Below are positions 1 to 10,707 of a stretch of DNA of 64,000 nucleotides, one piece after another. Numbering within the stretch: position 1 is the first letter of the stretch; each line of letters begins with the position of its first letter. Source of the DNA: Spirochaetia bacterium (GTDB lineage: Bacteria > Spirochaetota > Spirochaetia > DSM-2461); contig CAXXIA010000001.1 of NCBI GenBank assembly GCA_963666985.2, positions 864,001-928,000 on the forward strand, read 5' to 3'. The notes below the pieces were generated by a model that searched no databases, was not told where the DNA came from, and worked only from the letters and a program-made list of their open reading frames with translations. Both the position numbers and the translations under genes were made by a program.

Positions 1-2570
1 AAGTTCGGACCGCTGAGAAAGAGACTCCGAAAAAAAGCATGCCCGAGAAGAAACCCGACGCGAAACCGAAAGAGGAGGCGAAAAAGCCTCCCGAAGCATC
101 CGTATCTGAAAAGGATAAGACGACGAAGGAAACAGTAAAAAAAGCCGCTCCAAAGGATTCCGTTCCGGAAAAAACTCCGGAAAAGGCGGAAAAAAGCGCC
201 GCACCCGCGGCCGAATCCACTTCGTCGGAGCGTATTTCCTCCGGAAAAGATACCGTGGCCTCTCCTCCGAAGAGGGGTTCGAGAGAAGTTCAAGTCCTTG
301 AAACGAAACGAACGGGCGGCCGCGCGGGTGTTGTCGCCGGACGCAGAGTCGACGGCGGCTTTAACCGTTCTTCCGGCGGACGTGCCGGAGTCGTCGGCGG
401 AAGAAGACCGTCGGGCGGCCCTCCCGGACGCGACGGCGGACGAAGCGGCGGATTCCGGCCTTCGGGCGATCGTCCCGCGGGCGGCAGACCTCCCGGTCCC
501 GGCAGGCCGGGCGCAAGACCGACCGGCGGCCGGCCGATGGGCAGACCCGGAGGCAGGCCCGGCGGACCGGGAGCACCGGGAGGGCCGCGAACCGGCAGAC
601 CCGGAAGTCCTTCGGGACGTCCCTCCACGCAGTCCCGATCCGGCGGATTTGGAAGTTCTTCTTCATCCGGAGCGCCGCCCGCCGCCAATCGGAGCAAGAA
701 ATTCTACAAAGCCAAGAAGATTTACGAGAAGCATAAGGAAGAGCAGGAAAAGCTTTATCAGTACTCAAAGAAAAAGCATGTGATTCAGGCCAATCCCGTG
801 CCTAAGGAAATCGATATCATGGAAGTGATAACGGTTTCCGAACTCGCAAGAAAGATGAACCTCAAGGCTTCGGATCTTATTTCGAAGCTCATGAGCATGG
901 GAATGATGGTTACCATCAACCAGCAGATCGATGCGGAAACGGCCACGATTCTCGCCGATGATTTTGACTGCAAGGTCAATATCGTCAGTCTCTACGACGA
1001 AACCATTATCGAGTCGGAAAAAGACAGCGAAGAGAATCTGCGGGTCAGACCTCCTATCGTTACCGTTATGGGGCATGTCGACCATGGAAAAACCAAGCTC
1101 CTGGATGCCATTCGAAACGCCGATGTCGTCGCCGGTGAACACGGCGGGATTACCCAGCACATCGGCGCCTATATGGTTCATACGAAGAAAGGGAATATTA
1201 CATTCCTCGATACTCCGGGGCATTCGGCCTTTACCATGATGAGGGCCCGCGGAGCCCAGATTACCGACTTGGTTGTCCTGGTGGTTGCCGCGGACGACGG
1301 TGTAATGCCTCAGACGATTGAAGCGATTCAGCATGCCAAGGAAGCCGGTTCGCCCATTATCGTCGCCGTGAATAAGATGGACCTTCCCGATGCTAATCCC
1401 GACCGAGTGAAACAGCAGCTCTCGGAATACAATCTGATGCCTGAAGATTGGGGCGGTTCAACTCAGTTCGTTCATATTTCGGCATTGAAGGGTGAAGGCA
1501 TAGACGATCTGCTTGACGTTCTTATTCTGGAATCCGAAATGCTTGAACTTAAGGCCAATTGGGATAGACGCGCCGAAGGTAAAGTTATCGAATCCAAGGT
1601 CGATCAAGGACGGGGTATTGTTTCCACGGTTCTTGTGGAACGCGGAACCCTAAGAATCGGAGATGCTTTCGTCGCCGGTATTTATCACGGAAAAGTCAGG
1701 GCCATGTTCGACGATAAGGGACAGCCTGTAAAAGAAGCCACCCCGTCGATGCCCGTGGAGATTCTCGGCTTTTCAGGAGTTCCCGAAGCCGGAAATCCGT
1801 TCCAAGTCACCGAAAATGAGCGGGAAGCGCGGCAATATGGTTCCAAGCGTCAGGAACTCAAGAAAATGGAAACGGCCAGGAACGTTAAGAAAGTCACGCT
1901 GGACAATCTTTACGACTCCATACAGGACGGCGACGTCCAGGAATTGAAGGTCATCATCAAAGGAGATGTGCACGGTTCGGTTGAAGCCCTTCAGGCCACG
2001 CTGGAAAAACTCAGCACCTCCGAAATCCGTCTTGTTTGCATCCGCTCGGCGGCGGGCGCCATTATTGAAGACGATGTGAATCTTGCGGCCGCCTCGGATG
2101 CGATTATTATCGGTTTCCATGTCAGACCGACTCCCAAGGCGCAGACAATCGCCGAACGGGAGAAAGTCGAAATACGCAAGTACAATGTCATTTATGATGC
2201 CGTTGAAGATATCAAGGCGGCGATGGAAGGCATGCTTGCTCCGGACTATGAGGAAGTGGCCGTCGGTCAGGTGGAAGTTCGGGAAACATTTAAAGTTCCC
2301 AAAATCGGAACCATTGCCGGGTGTATGGTCACTTCGGGCTATATAACACGCAAGAGCCAGGTTCATCTGATCCGGGACAACGTGATTATTCATACGGGCG
2401 GACTGGCATCTTTGAAGAGATTCAAAGACGACGCGAAGGAAGTCAAGGAAGGATTCGAATGCGGCGTCGGACTCGAGAAATATACCGATATACAGGTCGG
2501 TGACGTGTTTGAAGTCTTTGAAATGAAGGAAATCGCCAAGAAGCTGGGAGACGGTAAGGCCGATGAATGA
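1..2570 (+). CDS. infB: Translation initiation factor IF-2 (5'-truncated; frame is open back to the window edge)
   Basis: G-domain motifs [18 protein letters not shown]-terminal [12 protein letters not shown]; low-complexity K/E/P and G/R/P N-terminus; no stop in frame between positions 3 and 39. Confidence 0.97.
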   Translation, partial: VRTAEKETPKKSMPEKKPDAKPKEEAKKPPEASVSEKDKTTKETVKKAAPKDSVPEKTPEKAEKSAAPAAESTSSERISSGKDTVASPPKRGSREVQVLETKRTGGRAGVVAGRRVDGGFNRSSGGRAGVVGGRRPSGGPPGRDGGRSGGFRPSGDRPAGGRPPGPGRPGARPTGGRPMGRPGGRPGGPGAPGGPRTGRPGSPSGRPSTQSRSGGFGSSSSSGAPPAANRSKKFYKAKKIYEKHKEEQEKLYQYSKKKHVIQANPVPKEIDIMEVITVSELARKMNLKASDLISKLMSMGMMVTINQQIDAETATILADDFDCKVNIVSLYDETIIESEKDSEENLRVRPPIVTVMGHVDHGKTKLLDAIRNADVVAGEHGGITQHIGAYMVHTKKGNITFLDTPGHSAFTMMRARGAQITDLVVLVVAADDGVMPQTIEAIQHAKEAGSPIIVAVNKMDLPDANPDRVKQQLSEYNLMPEDWGGSTQFVHISALKGEGIDDLLDVLILESEMLELKANWDRRAEGKVIESKVDQGRGIVSTVLVERGTLRIGDAFVAGIYHGKVRAMFDDKGQPVKEATPSMPVEILGFSGVPEAGNPFQVTENEREARQYGSKRQELKKMETARNVKKVTLDNLYDSIQDGDVQELKVIIKGDVHGSVEALQATLEKLSTSEIRLVCIRSAAGAIIEDDVNLAAASDAIIIGFHVRPTPKAQTIAEREKVEIRKYNVIYDAVEDIKAAMEGMLAPDYEEVAVGQVEVRETFKVPKIGTIAGCMVTSGYITRKSQVHLIRDNVIIHTGGLASLKRFKDDAKEVKEGFECGVGLEKYTDIQVGDVFEVFEMKEIAKKLGDGKADE

Positions 2571-2961
2571 AATCCGCCTGAGGCGGGTGGAAAGCCTGAT
2601 TCGGGATAAAGTCAGCGCTCTTATCATGAAGGGGGAAGTCAAAGATCCCCGAGTGGATACTTCGATTACCCTCACACGGGTTAAGGCGGCCAAGGATTTG
2701 GCGTCCGCGCGAATATGGGTCAGTTCATTCGGCGGCGCGGAGGCCACTTCGCGCGCCGTTAAAGGACTCACTCATGCGGCGGGATTCATACAGTCCAGAA
2801 TCGGCCGGGAGATTCGGATGCGCAACACACCGAAACTTTTTTTTAGTCCGGATGATTCCATCAGAGAAGGCATTGCCGTAAATCAACTCATTGACGAGGT
2901 TGTTAAAACCGGAAGTTCGACGGATGAGCGGACTTCCGCGGAGGAAGAATCTTCTGTCTAG
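2563..2961 (+). CDS. rbfA: Ribosome-binding factor A
   Basis: RRVESLIR...VKDPRV...DLASARIWVS...RNTPKLFF; immediately follows infB. Confidence 0.95.
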   Translation: MNEIRLRRVESLIRDKVSALIMKGEVKDPRVDTSITLTRVKAAKDLASARIWVSSFGGAEATSRAVKGLTHAAGFIQSRIGREIRMRNTPKLFFSPDDSIREGIAVNQLIDEVVKTGSSTDERTSAEEESSV

Positions 2962-3829
2962 AACCGTTTCGGGACTGTTCCTTATCGATAAACCGGCCGA
3001 ATTATCGAGTTTCGCGGCTCTCGGGAATCTGAAAAGAGCCATCAATACGAAAAAGGTCGGGCATGCGGGGACCTTGGATCCTTTTGCAACGGGACTCCTT
3101 CTCGCTCTTTCGGGAAAAATGACGCGATCCGCGTTTCTCTTTTCGAATTTGGATAAAGAATATTCGGCCGTGTTTCGTTTCGGAGAAGAAACCGATACTT
3201 TGGATTCCGAAGGAACCATAACGGAAACGGCCCCCGTACCGGCGATAGAACGAATTACCCAAGCGGCGGAGGCATTTAAAGGCGGGATTCGGCAAATTCC
3301 TCCCCAATTTTCCGCGGTTAAAATACAAGGGCAAAGAGCGTATAAACAGGCTCGCGAAGGCCGGTCCGTTGAAATGCCGGAGAGAACGGTATTGATTCAT
3401 GATTTCGAAATTCTCAATTGGAAAAAACCGGATTTGGAAGTACGAATCCGCTGTTCCAAGGGAACTTATATCAGGTCCGTCGCAAGAGATTTAGGACTGG
3501 CCTCCGGAAGCAGAGCGTTTTGCGCGGCTTTAAGAAGAACCGCGATAGGTCCGTTTAGGGTTGAGAACGCCGTTCCCTCGGAAATCTGCGGAGCGGAAAA
3601 CGCAATCGCTCCCGCCGAGGCGTTCGCTCTTCTCGGCATTCCCCGAATCGAGGCGGACGAACCTCGCTCGCGAGCCTTGAGGGCCGGAGTGCCTTTTGAG
3701 AGGATCGATGGACTGCGTGAAAACGACTCGCCTTTGATTTGCTGGGTGGAAGGCGGGAACGACGCCGTCGCGCTGACAAAAAACGAAATGGGGCATTCGT
3801 CGTACGTTATTGTGTTCGATCGGGATTGA
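2924..3829 (+). CDS. truB: tRNA pseudouridine(55) synthase
   Basis: KKVGHAGTLDPFATG, PPQFSAVK, CSKGTYIRS motifs; start codon uncertain (ATG 2924 chosen). Confidence 0.95.
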   Translation: MSGLPRRKNLLSRTVSGLFLIDKPAELSSFAALGNLKRAINTKKVGHAGTLDPFATGLLLALSGKMTRSAFLFSNLDKEYSAVFRFGEETDTLDSEGTITETAPVPAIERITQAAEAFKGGIRQIPPQFSAVKIQGQRAYKQAREGRSVEMPERTVLIHDFEILNWKKPDLEVRIRCSKGTYIRSVARDLGLASGSRAFCAALRRTAIGPFRVENAVPSEICGAENAIAPAEAFALLGIPRIEADEPRSRALRAGVPFERIDGLRENDSPLICWVEGGNDAVALTKNEMGHSSYVIVFDRD

Positions 3830-3878
3830 TTTCGTCTCTATTCCGATTCCATATCGAGATTTACGGGTTTTGCGATCC

Positions 3879-3906
3879 TTGACGAACAGGATGATTTTAT
3901 GACAAT
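3879..3906 (+). promoter_or_regulatory. Putative sigma70 promoter for rpsO-pnp
   Basis: TTGACG (3879-3884), 16 nt, GACAAT (3901-3906). Confidence 0.4.
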
Positions 3907-4089
3907 TTGTCTTGATTGGTTTATTTAAACATGGGCCCCGGAGTTCTGGTTCTTACGGAAGGCTTTACCGCTTTCCTTTGAATTGGAGTCATTGGCTTCG
4001 GACGGCGAAATATCGATCCGGTCCGAGGAAATCGGCCGGCAAGCGGTTTAAGAAAATACCGCAATACTCATAAGAAGAGAGGAAAAAAT

Positions 4090-4359
4090 ATGTCTCTCAG
4101 TAAAGACGACAAGGCCGCGATCGTGGCCGAATTCGGCAAGGACGGAAAAGATTCAGGATCAACGGAGGTCCAGATCGCCTTGCTCACCAAGAGGATCGAG
4201 GACCTGAAAGCTCATTTTGACGAGCATAAGAAAGATCATGCCTCACGGCGCGGACTCTTGAAAATGGTAGGCCAGCGCAGACGCCTGCTCCGCTATCTTA
4301 AGCGGACCGACTTGGAAGGATATCGGGCGCTTATAGCGAAGCTCGGTCTCCGTAAATAA
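4090..4359 (+). CDS. rpsO: 30S ribosomal protein S15
   Basis: [13 protein letters not shown]...[29 protein letters not shown] upstream. Confidence 0.98.
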   Translation: MSLSKDDKAAIVAEFGKDGKDSGSTEVQIALLTKRIEDLKAHFDEHKKDHASRRGLLKMVGQRRRLLRYLKRTDLEGYRALIAKLGLRK

Positions 4360-4373
4360 AACAAGGATTATTC

Positions 4374-6521
4374 ATGCATACAGCAAAAATTAGGATCGGT
4401 GAAGAAGACCTGATCCTCGAAACCGGGAAGATCGCGAAGCAGGCCAACGGCTCCGTTATCGCCCGGTACGGAGGCAGCGTGGTTCTTTCAACCGTCTGCT
4501 GCAGTTCCGAGACCATCGAAGGTCTTGATTATGTGCCGCTCATGGTGGATTACAACGAGCGGTATTATTCGGCCGGGAAAATTCCCGGCGGATTCATTAA
4601 GAGGGAAACACGGCCCAAGGATAAAGAGATCCTTGTTTCAAGGCTTATCGACCGTCCCATGCGGCCTTTGTTTCATAAAAGCTTCGGACGTGATATTCAA
4701 GTTATCCCCATGACCATGTCCACCGATCAGGTTCATACACCCGACGTTGTGGGAATGATGGCGGCTTTCGCCAGTGTGATGGTTTCCGATATTCCGTTTA
4801 ACGGTCCGGTTTCCGCCATTCGCGTTGCTTCGGTCGACGGACAGCTGGTTGCGAACCCCACCTTTCAGCAATTGGAAAAGTCCGAAATGGACCTGGTCGT
4901 GGCCGGAAACAACAAGGGCATCGTCATGGTGGAAGGCGGCGCCGATCAGCTTCCCGAAGAACGAATGATCGAGGCTTTGTCTTTTGCCGAAGGGATTCTC
5001 AAAGAGCTGTGTCAATTCCTAGAGGATTTCGCGGCCGCCGCCGGAAAAGAAAAACTGCCGCTGCCCGAGGATTTTCCCCCGCTGGGTTTTGAAGACGAAA
5101 TCAAAGCGGCCGCCGAACCTTTGTTTCGGGAAGTTTTGTTTTTGGGCGATAAATTCGCCCGATCCAATGGCGCGAAAGACGTTAAGTCGAAAATCACCGC
5201 ACAGTTTTCCGAACGGATAGAGCAGTACGGCGAAAACGGAATGACCGTTTTTAAAGCGTTTCTCGGAAAGGTCCATTCGGGATTGATGCGCCGTTCCATT
5301 ATCGAAGCGGGAAAACGCAGCGACGGACGGAACCCCAAGGAAATCAGGCCCATCAGTACGGAAATCGGCCTTCTCCCCAGAACGCACGGTTCTTCTCTTT
5401 TTACCCGGGGAGAAACACAATCCATCGGCATCGTTACCTTAGGCAGTTCTTACGACGAACAAATTTTCGACGATATCGACGGAGATCGGCGTTCTTCCTT
5501 CATGCTCCATTACAATTTTCCGCCGTATTCGGTCGGTGAAACCGGCCGAATATCCACCGGCCGCCGTGAAATCGGTCACGGTCATTTGGCGCAGAGAGCC
5601 ATTGAACCCATTCTTCCTTCCAAGGAAGAGTTCCCTTATACCGTCAGAGTCGTTTCGGAAATAACCGAATCCAACGGTTCTTCTTCCATGGCGACCGTCT
5701 GTTCGGGCACACTGGCGCTTTTGGACGCAGGTGTGCCGCTGAAAACACCTGTGGCGGGTATCGCCATGGGGCTTATTCAGGAAGGCGACAAGTACGTGGT
5801 GCTTTCGGATATCCTCGGTGAAGAAGATCATATGGGCGATATGGACTTTAAAGTCACGGGAAGCGAGTCCGGAATCACGGCCTTCCAAATGGATATTAAG
5901 ATTGACGGCATCGGGCTGGACATTATGAAAACGGCCCTTGAACAAGCCAGGCAGGGGAGAATCCACATTCTCGGAGAGATGGCCAAAACCATCAGCGCAC
6001 CTTCCGAAAAAATTTCGGAGTTCGCCCCCACCGTGGTCAATTATCAGGTGGACGTGGATAAAATCGGAACCATCATCGGTCCCGGCGGCCAGAATATCCG
6101 AAACATCAGTGAAACATCCGGTACGAAGGTGAATATTGACGATGACGGTGTTATCACCATTTTCGCCAAAGACGGTAAAACCGGCGCGGATATTGCTCTG
6201 AATATGATTAAAGCCTTTGTTGAAGATCCGGAAGTCGGAACGATTTATGAGGGTGAGGTGAAGCGGATTATGGATTTCGGTGCCTTTATCGAAATCCTGC
6301 CGGGCAAGGAGGGACTGTGTCATATTTCCAAGCTTGCCAAAGAACGCGTCGCCAAAGTCGAAGACGTTGTTAAAGAAGGCGAAAAGGTCAAAGTTCGGCT
6401 CGTGGAAATCGACCGAATGGGCCGGCTGAATCTCAGCATCGTCGATGCGGACAATCCCGACTGGAAACCCGCTCCGGGAGCTTCACGGCCTTCTGGCCCG
6501 TCTCATCGTCCGAGACGCTGA
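4374..6521 (+). CDS. pnp: Polyribonucleotide nucleotidyltransferase (PNPase)
   Basis: Two RNase PH domains (RREIGHG, ESNGSSSMA, GDMDFK) plus KH (IIGPGG) and S1 domains. Confidence 0.98.
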   Translation: MHTAKIRIGEEDLILETGKIAKQANGSVIARYGGSVVLSTVCCSSETIEGLDYVPLMVDYNERYYSAGKIPGGFIKRETRPKDKEILVSRLIDRPMRPLFHKSFGRDIQVIPMTMSTDQVHTPDVVGMMAAFASVMVSDIPFNGPVSAIRVASVDGQLVANPTFQQLEKSEMDLVVAGNNKGIVMVEGGADQLPEERMIEALSFAEGILKELCQFLEDFAAAAGKEKLPLPEDFPPLGFEDEIKAAAEPLFREVLFLGDKFARSNGAKDVKSKITAQFSERIEQYGENGMTVFKAFLGKVHSGLMRRSIIEAGKRSDGRNPKEIRPISTEIGLLPRTHGSSLFTRGETQSIGIVTLGSSYDEQIFDDIDGDRRSSFMLHYNFPPYSVGETGRISTGRREIGHGHLAQRAIEPILPSKEEFPYTVRVVSEITESNGSSSMATVCSGTLALLDAGVPLKTPVAGIAMGLIQEGDKYVVLSDILGEEDHMGDMDFKVTGSESGITAFQMDIKIDGIGLDIMKTALEQARQGRIHILGEMAKTISAPSEKISEFAPTVVNYQVDVDKIGTIIGPGGQNIRNISETSGTKVNIDDDGVITIFAKDGKTGADIALNMIKAFVEDPEVGTIYEGEVKRIMDFGAFIEILPGKEGLCHISKLAKERVAKVEDVVKEGEKVKVRLVEIDRMGRLNLSIVDADNPDWKPAPGASRPSGPSHRPRR

Positions 6522-6541
6522 TAACGGTCTTCTCATCGATG

Positions 6542-6581
6542 GCGGCCGGCATTTCTTTGAATTCGCCGGCCGCTTAAGTTT
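6542..6581 (+). terminator. GC-rich hairpin after pnp, possible terminator or processing site
   Basis: GCGGCCGGC...GCCGGCCGC inverted repeat followed by TTAAGTTT. Confidence 0.5.
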
Positions 6582-6651
6582 ATGAAACGAGATTTTTCAG
6601 CATGTTTACGGACCGTTGAAAGGATCTCTTCAAGTGTCTATGGGAGGTTTG

Positions 6652-7098
6652 ATGCCCGAGACAATGGAACTGGAAATCGTCTACACGGGGCCTGCCGATT
6701 CCGAGCCCGTTTATGCAACGGAATATTCGGCCGGTGCGGATTTGAAGGCCTGTATTGAAGAGAGCCTTGTCCTTGAGCCGGGAAGCCGGACAGTCGTTCC
6801 GACCGGCTTGCATCTGGCGATCCCTTCGGGCTGGGAAGGACAGGTAAGACCCCGTTCGGGCCTGGCTCTGAAAACGGGCTTAACGATTTTAAACGCGCCC
6901 GGAACCATAGATGCCGATTATCGAGGGGAAGTGAAAGTCATCCTCGTTAATTTAGGCGATCGGGAAATCGAAATAACACCCGGAATGAGGATTGCTCAAC
7001 TGATTTTTTCCCGGGCTCCCAGGGCGGTCTTCCGCCGTGTTGAAGAGCTTCCCGTTACGGACAGAGGCGGCGGCGGTTTCGGTTCCACCGGGATATGA
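6652..7098 (+). CDS. dut: dUTP diphosphatase
   Basis: SAGADL, QVRPRSGLA, GTIDADYRGEV, RIAQL, RGGGGFGSTG motifs; SD GGAGG before ATG 6652. Confidence 0.97.
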   Translation: MPETMELEIVYTGPADSEPVYATEYSAGADLKACIEESLVLEPGSRTVVPTGLHLAIPSGWEGQVRPRSGLALKTGLTILNAPGTIDADYRGEVKVILVNLGDREIEITPGMRIAQLIFSRAPRAVFRRVEELPVTDRGGGGFGSTGI

Positions 7099-8351
7099 AC
7101 GGATTGGGCCTCCTTAAAGGGAATCCGGCTGCGGCCGTTCCGGCGGCCTTTATCCTCTGTTTTTTACTTATCTCCTGTGCGGGAATTCCCGAGCCGAAGA
7201 AGAACGATTTCGATACAATTTTCCAAAACCCATCTCAAGAAAAACAAGCGCTTCATGAAAACGGTGAGCCGGAAAGATTCTCCGGCGATGAAATCGCGGA
7301 ACCAATTCCCGAATCATCCACGGATCCGCTCGAAGAAGTCTCGCGCCTTTGGTACGGCGGTTATCACGACGAAGCCCGAAAACGATTTTGGAAGGACGAC
7401 GTCAGGTCACTCGCTCATGGTGAAAGGGACTCGGAATGGTCCATCTGGCGCGGCAGACTTTTCATGGAATGCTGGAGCTGTTCTCAATTGGGATTGGCCG
7501 GAGAGAACGTTTCGGCTCTTCTGGCGGATCATGACGATATCTGGATCGGAACATGGACAGGCGGAATTACGCGATTCTCCCGTCCTTTGGAAGATTATAC
7601 CCTCCGGGATTCCGGCCGGCCGTCTTTAGCCGTTCGCACGGTCAATTCCATCGTCCGTTACGGAGATACCGTTTGGGTCGTACGATACGGCGGCGTGGAG
7701 CGGTACGATCTGAGAAGCGGTGTTTGGTCGAACGTCGGCGGCTTACCCGTAGCCGAGCGCCTTCAAGACATCCATATCTGCAAAACGGGAACTTATCTGG
7801 CCACTCTCGGGCACGGCATGTGGCTTGATGACGGAACCGGCTGGCGGATGATAAGAACCCCCGGTCTCTTTATTACGAATCTTGAACCCGGAGCGGATGA
7901 TGAGCTCATCGTCATGACAATGGACAGGGGACTCTTTGTTCTTGATGCGGCGTCGAACACATGGAATCGGCCGCCTTCGGGATTTCTGAGGGAAGTAAAC
8001 GTTACTTCGGCGGTTAGGTACGGAGAACGAATCTACGGAGGAACCTACGGCTTCGGCGCCTTCGTCTGGAACACCGAATCGGGAGATGTCGAAAGGATCG
8101 ACTCCGCAATTCTCGGTGATTCCTACGTGCTCGCCGCCGAACGTTCGCAAAACCGGATCTTTTTCGGAACATTCGGCGCGGGACTGGTATCATGGAATCC
8201 TGAAAGTGACACATGGGATCGCGTATCATTGAAAGAAGGTCTTCCTTCGGCGGATATCGCGGCCCTTCAATCCGATGGGATGGGCAACATTTGGGCGGGA
8301 ACTCTCGGCGGAGGAGTCGTTAACGTATCCGGAGGAATCCACGGTGATTGA
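7095..8351 (+). CDS. Putative lipoprotein with beta-propeller-type repeats
   Basis: Signal peptide ending LLISC; repeated IWIGTWTGG / YLATLGHG / YGGTYGFG / FFGTFGAG / IWAGTLGGG blades. Confidence 0.7.
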   Translation: MNGLGLLKGNPAAAVPAAFILCFLLISCAGIPEPKKNDFDTIFQNPSQEKQALHENGEPERFSGDEIAEPIPESSTDPLEEVSRLWYGGYHDEARKRFWKDDVRSLAHGERDSEWSIWRGRLFMECWSCSQLGLAGENVSALLADHDDIWIGTWTGGITRFSRPLEDYTLRDSGRPSLAVRTVNSIVRYGDTVWVVRYGGVERYDLRSGVWSNVGGLPVAERLQDIHICKTGTYLATLGHGMWLDDGTGWRMIRTPGLFITNLEPGADDELIVMTMDRGLFVLDAASNTWNRPPSGFLREVNVTSAVRYGERIYGGTYGFGAFVWNTESGDVERIDSAILGDSYVLAAERSQNRIFFGTFGAGLVSWNPESDTWDRVSLKEGLPSADIAALQSDGMGNIWAGTLGGGVVNVSGGIHGD

Positions 8352-9627
8352 ACGACGGGATTTATCACCGACGCTCACAAAATACATCCTCGCTGAATTC
8401 TCTCTTTCATTCGTGGTCAGCTTCCTTTTTTATTTCCTTGTTTTCTTGTTGAATCAGCTTCTTCTTATGGCTCAAGGAATCCTGGCGAAGGGCATTCCCT
8501 TGGGATCGGTCTTGTTGCTTCTGCTCTATTCACTCCCTTCGTTCATCACACTTTCGGCGCCTTTCGCGACCCTTACGGCGGCCTTAATGACCTACGGGCA
8601 TTTTTCCTCGGAAAATGAGATACTCGCCATGCGGAGTGCGGGTTTTCGAAGAATAACGATTTTTTCACCCATACTCATTTCCGGAATCCTCTTGGCCTTT
8701 TTATCCTTTGAAATCAACGACATACTCCTGCCGGCGGGAACGAAGGCCTTCCAAAAACTCTGGATAGAATTAAGCCTGACCCATCCCGGTCTGGAACTGG
8801 AACCCTATTCGGTTCGCGTTTTTAAACGATCCGTATTGGTTACCGGTGCCATCGATGATGAAGGGATTCATCCCATGGTTATCATTGAGAAGGATGCCGA
8901 CGGAAACAGAAGTACCATCATGTCCTCTCTGGCCACTCCCAGAATCAGAGGAAGGCAGGAGAGTCTTCCGGGATTTCGCATGAATGATGTCTTCATCCTG
9001 ATTCCGGATTCCCGTTCCGAGAACAAATGGACCTGGAGTTCCGCGGATTTCATGGATTACAGGCTGCTTTCCGAACAAAACAATATTCTCGATGCTCAAT
9101 CGGGACCTACTCATATGCGTATCAGGGATATTAAAGAGGTGATTACCGAAAAATCGAATCGATTCGACTTACGGCTTGAGCAGCATAAAAGCCGATTGGA
9201 ACAATCCCGATGGTCTTTGTCGCTTGAATATATGGAACTTTCAAGAAGTGATTCTTCGAACGAACGAACGATTCGCCCGAGATTGGCAAGAAATTCTTCG
9301 GAAATCGAGGATTTATTGGAAAATCCGCCGACAGACCACTCTCTGCAGGTTTGGAAACTGGAGTTTTTCCAGAAATTCGCCATTCCTTTCGCGTGTATCC
9401 CTTTTGTCGTGCTGGCTTTTCCCTTGGGACTTTCGGCGAAAAGAAGCGGTCGGGCCGTCGGATTTTTCATCGGGCTTTTACTGACGACCTTTTATTGGAG
9501 TCTGTTGGTTCTCGGCCGCTCTCTGGGCTTACGCTCTTCGGTATCTCCGTTTCTCGTAATGATTCTTCCGGACATTATCCTGTTGGCCGTTGGCGTAATC
9601 CTCTATACCGTACGGGGCCGGTTATGA
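8344..9627 (+). CDS. lptF: LptF/LptG-family permease (LptF-like)
   Basis: 3 TM + periplasmic domain + 3 TM layout; SSENEILAMRSAG motif; GTG start at 8344 after GGAGG. Confidence 0.85.
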   Translation: MIERRDLSPTLTKYILAEFSLSFVVSFLFYFLVFLLNQLLLMAQGILAKGIPLGSVLLLLLYSLPSFITLSAPFATLTAALMTYGHFSSENEILAMRSAGFRRITIFSPILISGILLAFLSFEINDILLPAGTKAFQKLWIELSLTHPGLELEPYSVRVFKRSVLVTGAIDDEGIHPMVIIEKDADGNRSTIMSSLATPRIRGRQESLPGFRMNDVFILIPDSRSENKWTWSSADFMDYRLLSEQNNILDAQSGPTHMRIRDIKEVITEKSNRFDLRLEQHKSRLEQSRWSLSLEYMELSRSDSSNERTIRPRLARNSSEIEDLLENPPTDHSLQVWKLEFFQKFAIPFACIPFVVLAFPLGLSAKRSGRAVGFFIGLLLTTFYWSLLVLGRSLGLRSSVSPFLVMILPDIILLAVGVILYTVRGRL

Positions 9628-10703
9628 GAACCTACCGCCGCCTGCTCCTTAAGGAATTCATCCCCTTTCTCATCCTCGGCATTGTCTTTTTCGCTTTGAT
9701 TCTTGTGCTTGCCGATGTCTTTTCAAATCTCTGGAGATATCTCAATCGAGAGATTCCATTCTCTCAAGCCATTCTCGTCAGTCTTCTTTATGCGCCGAAA
9801 GCCCTTTCTTATTCTCTTCCCATCGGAGCCATGTTCGCCGCGGCCTTTGCCCTGGGTACACTCGGCAGCCGCAACGAACTCATCGCCGTATTCGGTTCCG
9901 GAGTTTCTCTTTTCCGGTTTGTCCTTCCCATTCTCATCGTCGCCGCCGTTCTCAGCATCGGCGGTTACATTCTGGAAGATAAAGCGGCCATACCGATGAT
10001 GAAAAAAAGGAATGCTCTCTCGGATCAGCTTCTGGGAATAAAAGACTCGAAGAACCGATCAAAAGCCGTTGCCATTGCCGATAAGGGGAAGATTGTCTAT
10101 TACGCGGACTATTACAACGATGGAAATCAAACCCTCACGGGTCTTACCGTGCTGAAGATGAACGAATCCGGTGATTTCATGATGAGAATTGACGCGGAAA
10201 AAGCAACTTGGGAGAACGAAGGACTGTGGCGCATGGAAGGATGCCGTGTTTTTACCGTCGACGAGTCGGGGGATGTCGTGCAGAAAATATACGGGAAGTA
10301 CCGTGATGAAGCGATTTGCGAAACACCCTCAACGTTCCGATTGGATACGAGAGAGCTGGATGAAATGACGGGGAGGGAGGCCAGAGGGTGGATTGTCACG
10401 CAGAAAAATGCCGGTCTGCCGTATAAAGCGTTTCAGGCGGAGTTCTACCAGAGATTCACCATATCCCTCACGCCCTTTTTAGTCGTTCTTTTTTCCGGCG
10501 CATTGGGAGGAAGATTTAAGCGGAATATTCTGCTTATGAGTCTTCTTTCGAGTCTGGGCCTTTCTTCGGCATGGTATATAGTACGAATGATCTCCACATT
10601 GCTTTCGGAACTCGGCATGGTTTCTCCGCTGATGGGCGCCGTTGTTCCTTATACGGCTTTTCTGGCACTCGGCGGCTGGCTATTCAGGCACGCGAGAACA
10701 TAG
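9624..10703 (+). CDS. lptG: LptF/LptG-family permease (LptG-like)
   Basis: SRNELIAVFGSGVS motif; same topology; ATGA overlap with the upstream permease. Confidence 0.85.
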   Translation: MRTYRRLLLKEFIPFLILGIVFFALILVLADVFSNLWRYLNREIPFSQAILVSLLYAPKALSYSLPIGAMFAAAFALGTLGSRNELIAVFGSGVSLFRFVLPILIVAAVLSIGGYILEDKAAIPMMKKRNALSDQLLGIKDSKNRSKAVAIADKGKIVYYADYYNDGNQTLTGLTVLKMNESGDFMMRIDAEKATWENEGLWRMEGCRVFTVDESGDVVQKIYGKYRDEAICETPSTFRLDTRELDEMTGREARGWIVTQKNAGLPYKAFQAEFYQRFTISLTPFLVVLFSGALGGRFKRNILLMSLLSSLGLSSAWYIVRMISTLLSELGMVSPLMGAVVPYTAFLALGGWLFRHART

Positions 10704-10707
10704 CACA

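Noticed and set aside
1773..2771. 332-aa minus-strand ORF, and similar long antisense ORFs such as 5439-6323, 26682-27677 and 50837-51553
   Set aside because: They lie opposite well-supported genes (infB/rbfA, pnp, rpsA, glgA) and have no recognisable domains
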